Shown here in pieces: positions 36,613-45,577 of a stretch of 64,000 nt of DNA; the first letter of the stretch is position 1, and every line of letters begins with the position of its first letter. The position numbers and the translations under genes are program-made. Under the pieces are notes generated by a model, which was given only the letters and a program-made list of their open reading frames with translations, was not told where the DNA came from and searched no databases. The stretch covers positions 248,001 to 312,000 of the IMG/VR virus record IMGVR_UViG_3300046616_000314. The stretch is one strand, 5' to 3'.

Positions 36613-36827
36613 TGATTCAAGCTTGGGCTGCAAAGAAGAAAAATGGCGGGCTGTATCTGTATACGGTCGCCGGTTCGAAGAAGGTTGCGATGGCTCGTTT
36701 CATCGACAATTACACTCAGACTAAGATGCGCGACATGCGCGGTCTGCCCCTGGCGGACATTCAAGCCCGGTTCGACGCTTTGCCCTATGGGCAGACCGTG
36801 ACGCTGATCGACATTAAGGAACGCTAA
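36612..36827 (+). CDS. Hypothetical protein
   Basis: Coupled ORF, GGAG RBS. Confidence 0.7.
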   Translation: MIQAWAAKKKNGGLYLYTVAGSKKVAMARFIDNYTQTKMRDMRGLPLADIQARFDALPYGQTVTLIDIKER

Positions 36828-37088
36828 ATGGAAACGATGTTCAAAATCGGCGGCGGTCTGGTGATTGTCGTTATCGTTTCTGTCATCGTGGCAGGCGCCC
36901 AAGCGGCGGCAAAGCAAGACGCTATCGACGCAATCACGTCGCGTGGCTATCACGTTGCTTCGGTGACGCCGCGCGTGTTCGGCTGCATGAAGCATCGATA
37001 TCACTACGATATCGTGACCACCGAGGGTCCGAGCTACAAGGTGTGCGCTGGCAGCTTCATTGGTCCTTCGGTGGAACCGCTACGCTAG
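36828..37088 (+). CDS. Small secreted or membrane-anchored protein
   Basis: N-terminal hydrophobic segment, Cys pair. Confidence 0.7.
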   Translation: METMFKIGGGLVIVVIVSVIVAGAQAAAKQDAIDAITSRGYHVASVTPRVFGCMKHRYHYDIVTTEGPSYKVCAGSFIGPSVEPLR

Positions 37089-37420
37089 TTTTTCTTGTGG
37101 GAATCTTCCCACTCCATCACTAGTTCCATCGCAACTTCGTCGTTGCGAGCCTTGGAAAGACGACGATAGAAGTCCTTAGAAGCCTCTAAGTCATCGACAG
37201 GTCGAACACCACACCCCGCGCCGCAAGTGCCCTTAAAACCGCTTACAAGCCCTTCAGTGGCATAGGTGAACGTGTGGGTTCGGTTGTCACGGGTAATACC
37301 CGTGATGCGACTGGGCTCATAACGACAATCTTCGATGAGATCACCGATGGCGTAGTCTGATTTTACGGACTGCCACTTAAAGTTTTCGATGGCTTCCGCG
37401 AGAGGACGAAACATTTTCAT
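37085..37420 (-). CDS. Hypothetical protein
   Basis: GAGGA RBS; GDLIEDCRY motif. Confidence 0.7.
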   Translation of the reverse strand: MKMFRPLAEAIENFKWQSVKSDYAIGDLIEDCRYEPSRITGITRDNRTHTFTYATEGLVSGFKGTCGAGCGVRPVDDLEASKDFYRRLSKARNDEVAMELVMEWEDSHKKN

Positions 37421-37500
37421 GTAAGTCCTCTATCACAACACAACAAAGATGTCCACAGGCATGAAAAGGCGTTGACGCCTTTCTTGGATTTGGTATTATG

Positions 37501-37585
37501 ACGTTGGTCATTGCCCCCAATGACCAGACGCCCGGTTGTGTTGAGCCCCGCCCCCGTTGGGTTCCGCGACCGGGCGTCAAATATT
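37501..37585 (+). ncRNA. Candidate sRNA with two CCCC-loop hairpins
   Basis: 9 bp stem 37505-37526 with CCCC loop; long stem 37527-37578 topped by CCCC; TTGACG...TATTAT (37472-37499) upstream. Confidence 0.5.
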
Positions 37586-37618
37586 TTGATTTCCGAAAAT
37601 AATTTGGTATGATGCCTG

Positions 37619-38242
37619 ATGTATTTTTTGTCCATCCCCGGTGATCTCATCGACCGAAATGAAGAATGTACTTTCTCAGATTTGCTGGGATTGACCTTCG
37701 TCACGGCTGAGTCTTCAGAAAAGCGCGTTGATTTCGTCGCGGATTTCGGCGCGCGAATCACCATGTATCACGAACAAAACTGTTGTGAGAGCGTGTACGT
37801 CGAAGATATTAACGGCGATCTAAACGATTTGGTGGGAAGCCCGATTCTGCGCGCTGATGAGCGGACAAACGTCAAGAAGTACGGGCGGGACGTAAACGAA
37901 GACGGCGACCCTATTGGCGACCCGCCTCCCGAAAACGATGACGACTATCTTCCCGAACTTCAGCAATGGACGTTCTATGGTCTTTCGACCATCAAGGGCT
38001 CCGTTGATTTCCGGTTCTATGGATCGTCAAACGGATATTATTCAGTGAGCGTCACCACCCGAATGGTCCGTTTCACCCCAGAAGTCATGCAATTCTGTAA
38101 GGAAAAGCAAATCACCGCTTGGCTGATGGGCAACCATCCCAACGACGAAGATTTCGACCATGACTTTGTTGCGACATTCCAAAACGAAGAAGACCTTCTA
38201 GTCTTCAAGCTAAAGTTTGGTGGGGACTTGTGTAAGGTGTAG
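37619..38242 (+). CDS. Conserved phage domain (CCE...GSSNGYYS) fused to an FKLKF-type tail
   Basis: MYHEQNCCESVYVEDINGDLNDLVGSPIL, WTFY, YGSSNGYYS; ends FQNEEDLLVFKLKFGG. Confidence 0.8.
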   Translation: MYFLSIPGDLIDRNEECTFSDLLGLTFVTAESSEKRVDFVADFGARITMYHEQNCCESVYVEDINGDLNDLVGSPILRADERTNVKKYGRDVNEDGDPIGDPPPENDDDYLPELQQWTFYGLSTIKGSVDFRFYGSSNGYYSVSVTTRMVRFTPEVMQFCKEKQITAWLMGNHPNDEDFDHDFVATFQNEEDLLVFKLKFGGDLCKV

Positions 38243-38488
38243 CCATGTGCTATGCCTTACACTTCGCATGATCGTCCCTGGACGATGAAGACGTAAGTGG
38301 TAGAGTCTGAACGACCCAAAGGGAATTAACCTTTGCAGATCATCCACCCCCTGATGATGGTTATCTAAGGGGGATTTTTGGCGGTGATTGAGGGAGCCGA
38401 GATAACTGGCATCGCCACCATGCGAATTAATTTGCTATCATTAACCAAATTTGGTAAGAATGGTTCATAAATTTTATGAGCCATTTTT

Positions 38489-39121
38489 ATGCCGATCAAG
38501 AAGGCGACCAAGCGCGTCGCATCTACCGACAGCACGTTCAAGTATGCCCTGCGCGTAATCGAGACGGGTAAATTCTGGACCGGGAATGTTCGTTCCCCAA
38601 ACCGCTACGCCCGTAGTCGGTATGCTGTCGCCAGCCTTCCCCGCTGGGTTCCGCAATACCAAGAAATTCCGATGCTCTGGAACAACATCGCCACGGCGAA
38701 ACGCAAGTGGTCGATTCACGAAACCGAACGCCAGTGTGGTATCGCTGTTCCAGAGTTGGAAATCGTCACCTTCGAAATGAAGACGGTTGAGACGGGCGTT
38801 CAGGTTCCCGACGTAGACCCCATTACCGTTCGCGTGACCCGCCTGCATCGGTTTGTGGGATCGGCGGTTGGTACCGCGTTTGAACGCCTAGTGGACTCTC
38901 GCATTGATGGCATGGAATTTAATTATGCAGTCAAGCGTCGCGGCAAAACCAAAGACCTCATCGACGGTAGACTGTCGGATTCATTCTCATTTAGCACCGT
39001 AACCTTCATCAAAACCGAAGAAGATTTGATGCACGCCAAGTTGCTTCTGGGTTCGAACTTTGCTACAGCTTATGATCTGAACAACATCAAGGTCGGGGAT
39101 AATGACGGAGAAGAAGAGTAA
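38489..39121 (+). CDS. Hypothetical protein
   Basis: 210 aa ORF; FIKTEEDLMHAKL tail. Confidence 0.75.
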   Translation: MPIKKATKRVASTDSTFKYALRVIETGKFWTGNVRSPNRYARSRYAVASLPRWVPQYQEIPMLWNNIATAKRKWSIHETERQCGIAVPELEIVTFEMKTVETGVQVPDVDPITVRVTRLHRFVGSAVGTAFERLVDSRIDGMEFNYAVKRRGKTKDLIDGRLSDSFSFSTVTFIKTEEDLMHAKLLLGSNFATAYDLNNIKVGDNDGEEE

Positions 39122-39344
39122 GCCGCTGGGTCTGCACAAAGAACGCGAGCTAGCTAAACATTTGAGAAAACAATTGGCTTCGATTCCAAAGATGCCGATG
39201 GCTGTCACCGAAATGACGCCGAATGAATACGCACTCTTCGAATCACTAGCTAAAGTGATCGGCACGCTTCAATTCGTTTCCGATTATATTGATCCCGTCA
39301 CTCGGGAATCACGCCGTTTGGTTGAACATTCAAAGATTACTTGA
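39102..39344 (+). CDS. Hypothetical protein
   Basis: Overlapping ORF in a co-directional run. Confidence 0.6.
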   Translation: MTEKKSKPLGLHKERELAKHLRKQLASIPKMPMAVTEMTPNEYALFESLAKVIGTLQFVSDYIDPVTRESRRLVEHSKIT

Positions 39345-39374
39345 CAATACTCTGGGTCATGCTAAATTATAAAC

Positions 39375-39713
39375 ATGACCCAGAACCCTTATGACCGCAA
39401 TAATTTCCCCGGCAAGTTCAAGACCAATTATATTGGTTTTGCTGACGGATTTTATTGCCTGCGTCTGAGCATGGATGCTGGTGAAGGTCTCGACGCCCTC
39501 ATGTGGCAGATGGAAGTCAGCGAATGGCTTTTCAACACGCTGGGCGGCAAGTGGCACATGGGGAACGATTTCCCCTACAAGGACCATCCGCAAATCAACC
39601 TGTCGGCTTGGTCGAAGAACGACTATTTCGTTCTGATCGAAAAATTTCATGAAGTCGTGCTGTTCGAAGATGCGTTCGTCGTCTCGGGTATTACCCCGTC
39701 GCAGTTGGTCTAA
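39375..39713 (+). CDS. Hypothetical protein
   Basis: TTGACA-N17-TAAATT promoter-like element upstream. Confidence 0.7.
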   Translation: MTQNPYDRNNFPGKFKTNYIGFADGFYCLRLSMDAGEGLDALMWQMEVSEWLFNTLGGKWHMGNDFPYKDHPQINLSAWSKNDYFVLIEKFHEVVLFEDAFVVSGITPSQLV

Positions 39714-40000
39714 TGGCATATTGGCACGGTAAAGGCTATCGAATGACTTCGCACGATGAGCGGAAGTTGCTGCTTCAGCAATATCCGTTTGAGGGGTCGT
39801 GCCTACGGAAGAGTAAGGAAAATGATCTTCATTTCCTGGCGGGAACCGATCTTCTCGCCATCGTAGATTATTTGTCAGACCAAATGCCAAAAACAACGGA
39901 AGCAACTTGGACTTATGACAAACTCAAGGATTGTCTGCGGTTCTCTACTGCTAAATTTCGTGACGAAACCGAGACCATCTTTAAATTGAAATTTGGTTGA
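39713..40000 (+). CDS. Hypothetical protein, FKLK(F/W) family
   Basis: Ends ETETIFKLKFG. Confidence 0.7.
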   Translation: MAYWHGKGYRMTSHDERKLLLQQYPFEGSCLRKSKENDLHFLAGTDLLAIVDYLSDQMPKTTEATWTYDKLKDCLRFSTAKFRDETETIFKLKFG

Positions 40001-40020
40001 TCGTTTGATACAGTAGCTCA

Positions 40021-40350
40021 ATGAGCTACGAAATATCCGTTGACGACATTTACGACATGATTGGTGAAATCGAAGTCGAAGAACGGATGAAAGTCGGCTC
40101 CAATAAGGAAGCCTATCGCGGCGTTTCTCATACCTTGATTGCCGCCATGCTGGCAGAGCGCAAGAGTATCAAGTTATCCCCTGAAGAAATAGCCGGATAC
40201 GTAGCACTAGTTCAGTTGTCTATTCAGACGCTTTGGGAACACGGAAAACTGTTTCTTATTCGTCACAACTATCATCATCCTACGAATTATTATTCGTGCT
40301 ATCCTACTGCAAAATTTAAAGAAATATTTCGAAACTCCGATGGAACGTAA
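40021..40350 (+). CDS. Hypothetical protein
   Basis: Gene-like ORF. Confidence 0.65.
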   Translation: MSYEISVDDIYDMIGEIEVEERMKVGSNKEAYRGVSHTLIAAMLAERKSIKLSPEEIAGYVALVQLSIQTLWEHGKLFLIRHNYHHPTNYYSCYPTAKFKEIFRNSDGT

Positions 40351-40639
40351 TCGTTTAGCCGTTATCATTCACGAACAAGTCTATGACCTTGAGGTTGCCG
40401 CGCGACTGATCGGTAAAGGCTACGACGGTGCCTCCAAGGAAGAAATTTACCAAGCAACGGTTAACGCTTGCGAAACGCAAAAAGCTGGTCGGTTCAACTC
40501 TATGGAATTCGATTTGGTGTTTAGAAAAATGTGTCGTTGCGATGATAGTCTTGCGCGCAACCTACATTATATGCTATCTACACGGGGACAGACTTTTTCG
40601 ACCTTGGACCCAACCGAATTTACAAAGACCTTCAGATGA
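40340..40639 (+). CDS. Hypothetical protein
   Basis: Coupled ORF. Confidence 0.65.
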   Translation: MERNRLAVIIHEQVYDLEVAARLIGKGYDGASKEEIYQATVNACETQKAGRFNSMEFDLVFRKMCRCDDSLARNLHYMLSTRGQTFSTLDPTEFTKTFR

Positions 40640-41436
40640 CCAATGAGATTGACGATAGCAAGCCCGATGAGCCGCACCCCACGATGGGTCCTGGCTGGTT
40701 CATCCGTTTTCCGAAGGATTGGAAGACCAAGCACGTCGATCTTCGGACCTATTATCTGATCGAGGATCAGCCCTGGTTCACCAAAGCTCCGACCACGATT
40801 TGTGATCTTCTAGGCTTCAAGATCGAACCGGGTAAGTTGAACAACCTGTTGTCGTTCGCCAATAGCGAACTGTCGTTCTGGTATTTCCTGACCTATGTCA
40901 TTGGTGAACACGCCGATGATGCAGAGACCACCAACGAAATCATCAACTTTATTCTTGGTTCCCTGGCGGGAGCCCTGAAGAACCCGCCGGGTGGGACGGG
41001 TATCGCTCTGGAATTCAAGGACATCAACAAGGTGATCCATGTCGGCGCCATTCGTGAGTACGCGAATGCGATTGCGCTGGGTATGGTCCCCAAGAGCATT
41101 CGCAAGGCTCTGGACATTCTGTTGATCACGGAATTCAACGCCACGCATTCGGTCACGGTTAGTCACACCGTTTCGGCTGAAGAAGCCACGCGCATCGTCC
41201 TATACGAAATGATCGCTGAGTTGACGGAAGAAATTCTGGCGCAACCGTCTGGTGAATCTATCGTGCCGATGTTCCTGAAGGTGCTTGAGGATAACCCCAA
41301 ACAAGCTGATTTGCTGCGCGCTGAACCCGACAACCAAAAGCTGATCGGCTGGGCGATGGGTCAAATCATGCGCGCGAGCGTCGTGAAGCTTGATCCGAAC
41401 TTTGTTCGTGGTGTGATTATCGAGCAACTGAAGTGA
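40636..41436 (+). CDS. Protein with C-terminal GatB tail (GatB/YqeY) domain
   Basis: KVLEDNPKQADLLRA...KLIGWAMGQIMRAS...DPNFV resembles the GatB C-terminal tRNA-binding domain. Confidence 0.7.
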   Translation: MTNEIDDSKPDEPHPTMGPGWFIRFPKDWKTKHVDLRTYYLIEDQPWFTKAPTTICDLLGFKIEPGKLNNLLSFANSELSFWYFLTYVIGEHADDAETTNEIINFILGSLAGALKNPPGGTGIALEFKDINKVIHVGAIREYANAIALGMVPKSIRKALDILLITEFNATHSVTVSHTVSAEEATRIVLYEMIAELTEEILAQPSGESIVPMFLKVLEDNPKQADLLRAEPDNQKLIGWAMGQIMRASVVKLDPNFVRGVIIEQLK

Positions 41437-41609
41437 GCATCTTCACCGACACGATCTCGGACGAGAGTACCGTAACGTATTTCGAACGTTTCTGGGATCG
41501 CGCCCGTGCTGTAGTGTGGTTCACTTTCCTAAGTCTAACGGTCCCGGTTGTCACCGTGTACCCGTGGTTCTTGGGAATGCGAGAAATATTGCATAAGGTT
41601 TTCGGATGA
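41433..41609 (+). CDS. Small membrane protein
   Basis: Manual: MSIFTDTISDESTVTYFERFWDRARAVVWFTFLSLTVPVVTVYPWFLGMREILHKVFG (GTG start). Confidence 0.55.
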   Translation: MSIFTDTISDESTVTYFERFWDRARAVVWFTFLSLTVPVVTVYPWFLGMREILHKVFG

Positions 41610-41875
41610 CCGAAAAACTTCAGGAGTATTATACGCCTGCTGCCATGCAAATTCTTCTGAAATATCCCGTGCCACATTGGCTGGTTCTGCGCGCGTTAGT
41701 CAACGAGCATCTTTCTCGCACGGATGCTTCGATGGTGGGAACCCCTGACATCGATATTAGTTCATTGATAATCTGCGTTCGACGCGGTATTAAACTAAGC
41801 GAATTCCTCAAATACCTCGAAAAGGTATTTGGTGAATATTTTAGTGCTTATGAGGATGATCGCGCTGTTCTTTAA
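41606..41875 (+). CDS. Hypothetical protein
   Basis: Coupled ORF. Confidence 0.6.
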   Translation: MTEKLQEYYTPAAMQILLKYPVPHWLVLRALVNEHLSRTDASMVGTPDIDISSLIICVRRGIKLSEFLKYLEKVFGEYFSAYEDDRAVL

Positions 41876-42365
41876 CAGCCGACGCAATGCTACCGCTATG
41901 GAAACCTAGAACCTTGATGGTTCGGTTCAGGTGCTTACAGCAAACGCCCTTTAGATGGGGGTTGCGAATATGCGGGAAGCGGACTTCGGGAATAATCGCC
42001 GATTCCGCCTGAGTCATGATGTACTGATAGCCCCAGTATTTGTAAGCTGGGCACGGGCAGTGAACCCGAATATTACCTGCCCATAGCAGCAAACGCGCTG
42101 CTTCTGGTGCGGTGATGTTTTCATCATCGACTTGCTCATACCATTCGGGGAACTGAATGTAGGTATTCCAGCCGTTGTATTTGTTGGGAACGAAGAACTT
42201 CATAACGTTGTTCTTGATAGCAACAAATTTGACGTAAGGGATTAGTGGCGAATAGTCTTTGTGAGGCATCCAATTAGGATCAACCTGTTGCAGAAGAACC
42301 TTATAGGTTTCTTCGTCAAGCACGGGTGGGTGCTCATCACTAAAATATCGCTTCAAGTCCATCAT
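41841..42365 (-). CDS. SWIM-type zinc-finger protein (jumbo-phage conserved)
   Basis: VHCPCPAYKYWGYQY...RNPHLKGVCCKHL; GATAAATA immediately before the start. Confidence 0.8.
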   Translation of the reverse strand: MMDLKRYFSDEHPPVLDEETYKVLLQQVDPNWMPHKDYSPLIPYVKFVAIKNNVMKFFVPNKYNGWNTYIQFPEWYEQVDDENITAPEAARLLLWAGNIRVHCPCPAYKYWGYQYIMTQAESAIIPEVRFPHIRNPHLKGVCCKHLNRTIKVLGFHSGSIASAVKEQRDHPHKH

Positions 42366-42410
42366 TTATTTATCTCTTGAAATTTTCGTAATCCGTGCTA
42401 TATTCGAGGG

Positions 42411-43337
42411 ATGTATGACGCGGCATTCACACGAGCGGGAAACGACCCTTGGGTTCTAGATTATGAACCTAACAAGGGACCGCGTTACCGTATCAAAGTC
42501 CGCCTCTGCGAATCTCAAAATTATCGTTGCTGCATCTGTGGCAACCACATTGAAGCTATGGCTTTCAATGGTGATCCCAAACAATGCGCTCTGGCATCCA
42601 TTGATCGCACCAAGCCGACCAACTACAAAAACGAAGTGGTGGTTTGTCAGTCGTGCGCGGGTCCGATGTCAGGCTATACGCATCTGTTGGATTACTACAA
42701 TGCTGTTCACTCGGGTCAAATTGTGAACGGTAAGAAAGTTAAGGCGGAAAAGGTTCGTGTGGTTCATACCGAAACCATACCTCTGATTAAGCAATTACTT
42801 GCTGAGCAAGGATATTCTAGCGTAAAGGTTCCGGTCGATTATCAGTATGCTCCCCCGACAACCGCGCCGAAGATAGCGAAATTTTTGAGTGCTGCCGAGA
42901 AACGTCAAGAAAATAAAAAAAGCAAGCATCGCCCGCCGCCCTGGTTCCGCTGGCGCGATGAGAAAAAACGCGAGTTGATGGAATGCCAAAATCACAAATG
43001 CTGCTATTGCGGCTCTGTGATGACGGTTGAGTTTTTGCGTCACCCTCGTTACGCGACGTGGGAACACGTCATTGAATTGTCTAAGGGTGGTACGTGGGAC
43101 TTAGACAATCTTGTGATTGCCTGTTCGGTTTGTAATCATCTTCGTTCGGCTATGAAGCTGGACGCTTATGAATTTTACGAATGGGCAAAGGATCACCTTG
43201 CTGAAATCGAAGAACGGGTACGCAATCGTTTCGTCCGTGCGCGGAATTATAATAGACCGCCCATTGTGGAAGAACGAAAAACAAGATCGTTCATGAAGGG
43301 CGCATCACAGTGGAAGGGTCCGATTTATGGGCGGTAG
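42411..43337 (+). CDS. HNH endonuclease with two HNH-like Zn modules
   Basis: CESQNYRCCICG...VCQSC and ECQNHKCCYCG...TWEHVIELSKGG...NLVIACSVCN. Confidence 0.85.
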   Translation: MYDAAFTRAGNDPWVLDYEPNKGPRYRIKVRLCESQNYRCCICGNHIEAMAFNGDPKQCALASIDRTKPTNYKNEVVVCQSCAGPMSGYTHLLDYYNAVHSGQIVNGKKVKAEKVRVVHTETIPLIKQLLAEQGYSSVKVPVDYQYAPPTTAPKIAKFLSAAEKRQENKKSKHRPPPWFRWRDEKKRELMECQNHKCCYCGSVMTVEFLRHPRYATWEHVIELSKGGTWDLDNLVIACSVCNHLRSAMKLDAYEFYEWAKDHLAEIEERVRNRFVRARNYNRPPIVEERKTRSFMKGASQWKGPIYGR

Positions 43338-43998
43338 CATCAACGTAACTGTTCGCAAGACGGACGGTCAAATTTTCAATCTCGATTCGTACACCAATTC
43401 GATGCCCTATTGGTTACGGAATATCAGAATCTACAACTGTGACGATACTCACTTGGAAGAGTACATCGAGGAACATCGTCCAACTGCACAACTTATTCCG
43501 ACTGGAACTGCCCCTAGTGGCTATGGTTTGGTCCTCGTTGACTATATGACCAAGACGTTTCTGTCGATGCAGGGATATTGCGGTTTCGATGAATTTTCTA
43601 CTATCGAACTGACCGGGCGGCACGAACGTAAAGAAAATTTCTTAGAATTTCTCGACGCTGGGCTCATCGAAGTTCAGATGCTTGAAGTCAATAAATCGAA
43701 CAATCATTACGAGAAAACTGGTAGGATCACTGGCTTTGACAACATCAAGGCTTTGCTAGATTCGCCAAAGTCTAGATTTGAATTCGACAGTGGCACGAAA
43801 GATGCCCCGTATTACAACTATGAAATCAACTGGTCGCCCAAGTGGACATACTGGGATTCCGAATCATCCCTAAGTACCTCAATTGAACTTTACAGAAAAG
43901 TCAAAGACCTGGGCTTTGATTTGGACATCAATGGCTGGCGCGAATGGTTCGAAGAGAACGGACGTTTTGTGTTGGATAAGCCTACGGAAGCATTCTAG
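43327..43998 (+). CDS. Hypothetical protein
   Basis: MGGSINVTVR...FLSMQGYC; 223 aa. Confidence 0.75.
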   Translation: MGGSINVTVRKTDGQIFNLDSYTNSMPYWLRNIRIYNCDDTHLEEYIEEHRPTAQLIPTGTAPSGYGLVLVDYMTKTFLSMQGYCGFDEFSTIELTGRHERKENFLEFLDAGLIEVQMLEVNKSNNHYEKTGRITGFDNIKALLDSPKSRFEFDSGTKDAPYYNYEINWSPKWTYWDSESSLSTSIELYRKVKDLGFDLDINGWREWFEENGRFVLDKPTEAF

Positions 43999-44207
43999 TG
44001 GGTTGGGGTCGCTATTATCGCCAAAAAGTGCATTTTTACGTTGAGCACGTCACAAAGGCTGGGGTCGTCCCGGCTCTGGCTTGTGGCAAACCCAATCGGA
44101 CTAAGACACGATACAGTGGTACCGCGCCGCTAGTGACTTGTGGCAATTGTCAACGAATGCAATCGCACATTGAAGCGATGGTGTTTGACAAACTGAGCCA
44201 GCAATGA
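43998..44207 (+). CDS. Small Zn-binding protein (triad member 1)
   Basis: H..., ACG, VTCGNCQR, HIEAM. Confidence 0.7.
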   Translation: MGWGRYYRQKVHFYVEHVTKAGVVPALACGKPNRTKTRYSGTAPLVTCGNCQRMQSHIEAMVFDKLSQQ

Positions 44208-44416
44208 AACGTCATTTCAAAATCTATCGACTAATGACGAGTGCAGCGGCATGTATCGATGAAGGCATTGCGGCGTGTGGAAATAAGGGCGGTCCATTCG
44301 GTGATACGACGTGGCTTCAGTTATTTGGAAACCCCGAAGCAGTTACTTGCTTGCATTGCAAGAAAACGCAAGCACACATAGAAGCAATGGTTCTAGTTAA
44401 GTTAAAACGAAAATGA
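44204..44416 (+). CDS. Small Zn-binding protein (triad member 2)
   Basis: H..., ACG, VTCLHCKK, HIEAM. Confidence 0.7.
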   Translation: MKRHFKIYRLMTSAAACIDEGIAACGNKGGPFGDTTWLQLFGNPEAVTCLHCKKTQAHIEAMVLVKLKRK

Positions 44417-44604
44417 AATACCGGTCGCGCCGATATCATTTACAGCATCCGAAACATCAATTTGTCGCGGTCTGTGGAAAAAATACTTTAGATTCCGATC
44501 TGTTAATGTCGGACTACCCGTCAGACGTTGAATGTAAAGCGTGTAAGCGAACAACGCATTTCGCTGAACAATCGATTTTTTGGAAGATTAAAGAATCGTC
44601 TTGA
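44413..44604 (+). CDS. Small Zn-binding protein (triad member 3)
   Basis: H..., VCG, VECKACKR. Confidence 0.7.
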   Translation: MKYRSRRYHLQHPKHQFVAVCGKNTLDSDLLMSDYPSDVECKACKRTTHFAEQSIFWKIKESS

Positions 44605-44639
44605 CGCCATATACCATATTGGGCTATAAATAGTTCAGT

Positions 44640-44912
44640 ATGAAAAATGAAAAATTGATGGTAGAAAATTCGTTCTACCAAGCGTGCGCCGACCTTCTAG
44701 GGGTCTCGTACGATTATTCGCCCTATCCGTTCTCGCGTCGTACGCGCTGGAATAATCGCGCCCCTGGCAACGGTCGTTTCCCCGACCACGGGCTCATCCG
44801 TATGCACGGACCCAATCTCATCAATGTTAGTTTGAAGAATCCCCGTATGTCGGGGTTCTATTACAGCGTTGAATCTGCCTTAGACGCTATCAAGAAAGCA
44901 CTGAAAAAGTGA
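44640..44912 (+). CDS. Conserved phage hypothetical protein
   Basis: RTRWNNRAPGNGRFPDHGLIR; TTGACG...TATAAA upstream. Confidence 0.75.
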   Translation: MKNEKLMVENSFYQACADLLGVSYDYSPYPFSRRTRWNNRAPGNGRFPDHGLIRMHGPNLINVSLKNPRMSGFYYSVESALDAIKKALKK

Positions 44913-45196
44913 TCAACTCTCAAGAAGATATCGAACAAGATCGCAAAGAAATCGCCTTTGCCCTGGCTGAAGCTGGTGTGAACGTTGCGGCTTTTGAGCC
45001 CGGTACGTTTGGCTATCATGAGATTGTTAATACATCCTCGTTGATCTTGGATTTGATCGCTACTCTGCTAGAACATCCTGCTACCGCAAACGATCCCGAA
45101 GCCTTCCGTATGGTCCATAAAGCTCATGGTGCTTTGTTTGAAGCCTATACTTATATGGGCGAAAAACATTTGCCGGAAAATCCAGAGCGCGACTAA
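44909..45196 (+). CDS. Hypothetical protein
   Basis: FEPGTFGYHE motif. Confidence 0.7.
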   Translation: MINSQEDIEQDRKEIAFALAEAGVNVAAFEPGTFGYHEIVNTSSLILDLIATLLEHPATANDPEAFRMVHKAHGALFEAYTYMGEKHLPENPERD

Positions 45197-45204
45197 ATAC
45201 TGTC

Positions 45205-45534
45205 ATGCGCGAATTGATGGATATTTTGGGTGACGTACAGGCTGACAACGCATACGATGCGGTCGCCACCATCTTGCGTAAGGTGTTTGGTAAGCCGTAC
45301 AATCCTGAAATGATGCGATATAACGGCGGGGGTTCGGCAGTTAGTCAAACAATTTGGGGCAATCATGGATTGACCTATCGGTTGGAACGCCTAGGTTTTG
45401 TGCGTGGCGCCGGTGAACCGGCTACAGACGGTGATTATTCACTGAGTGTATTCCGTCATCCTGACGGAACATCCGTCAAGATTTGGCATCGTTCCTATGG
45501 CACACGTTTCAGTGTTTTGCTCACACACAATTAA
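45205..45534 (+). CDS. Late small protein
   Basis: CTAAATA (45193-45199) 5 nt before ATG; starts MRELMDIL. Confidence 0.7.
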   Translation: MRELMDILGDVQADNAYDAVATILRKVFGKPYNPEMMRYNGGGSAVSQTIWGNHGLTYRLERLGFVRGAGEPATDGDYSLSVFRHPDGTSVKIWHRSYGTRFSVLLTHN

Positions 45535-45577
45535 CACCATAAATACACTAATAGCCTAATTCTAGGAGTGTATTTTC

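Noticed and set aside
38349-38375. CTGATGA resembling a hammerhead ribozyme core
   Set aside because: Not followed by stem II and GAAA; the other conserved core elements are missing
38427-38470. Possible CtrA boxes upstream of 38489
   Set aside because: TTAA half-sites are 10 nt apart, not 7
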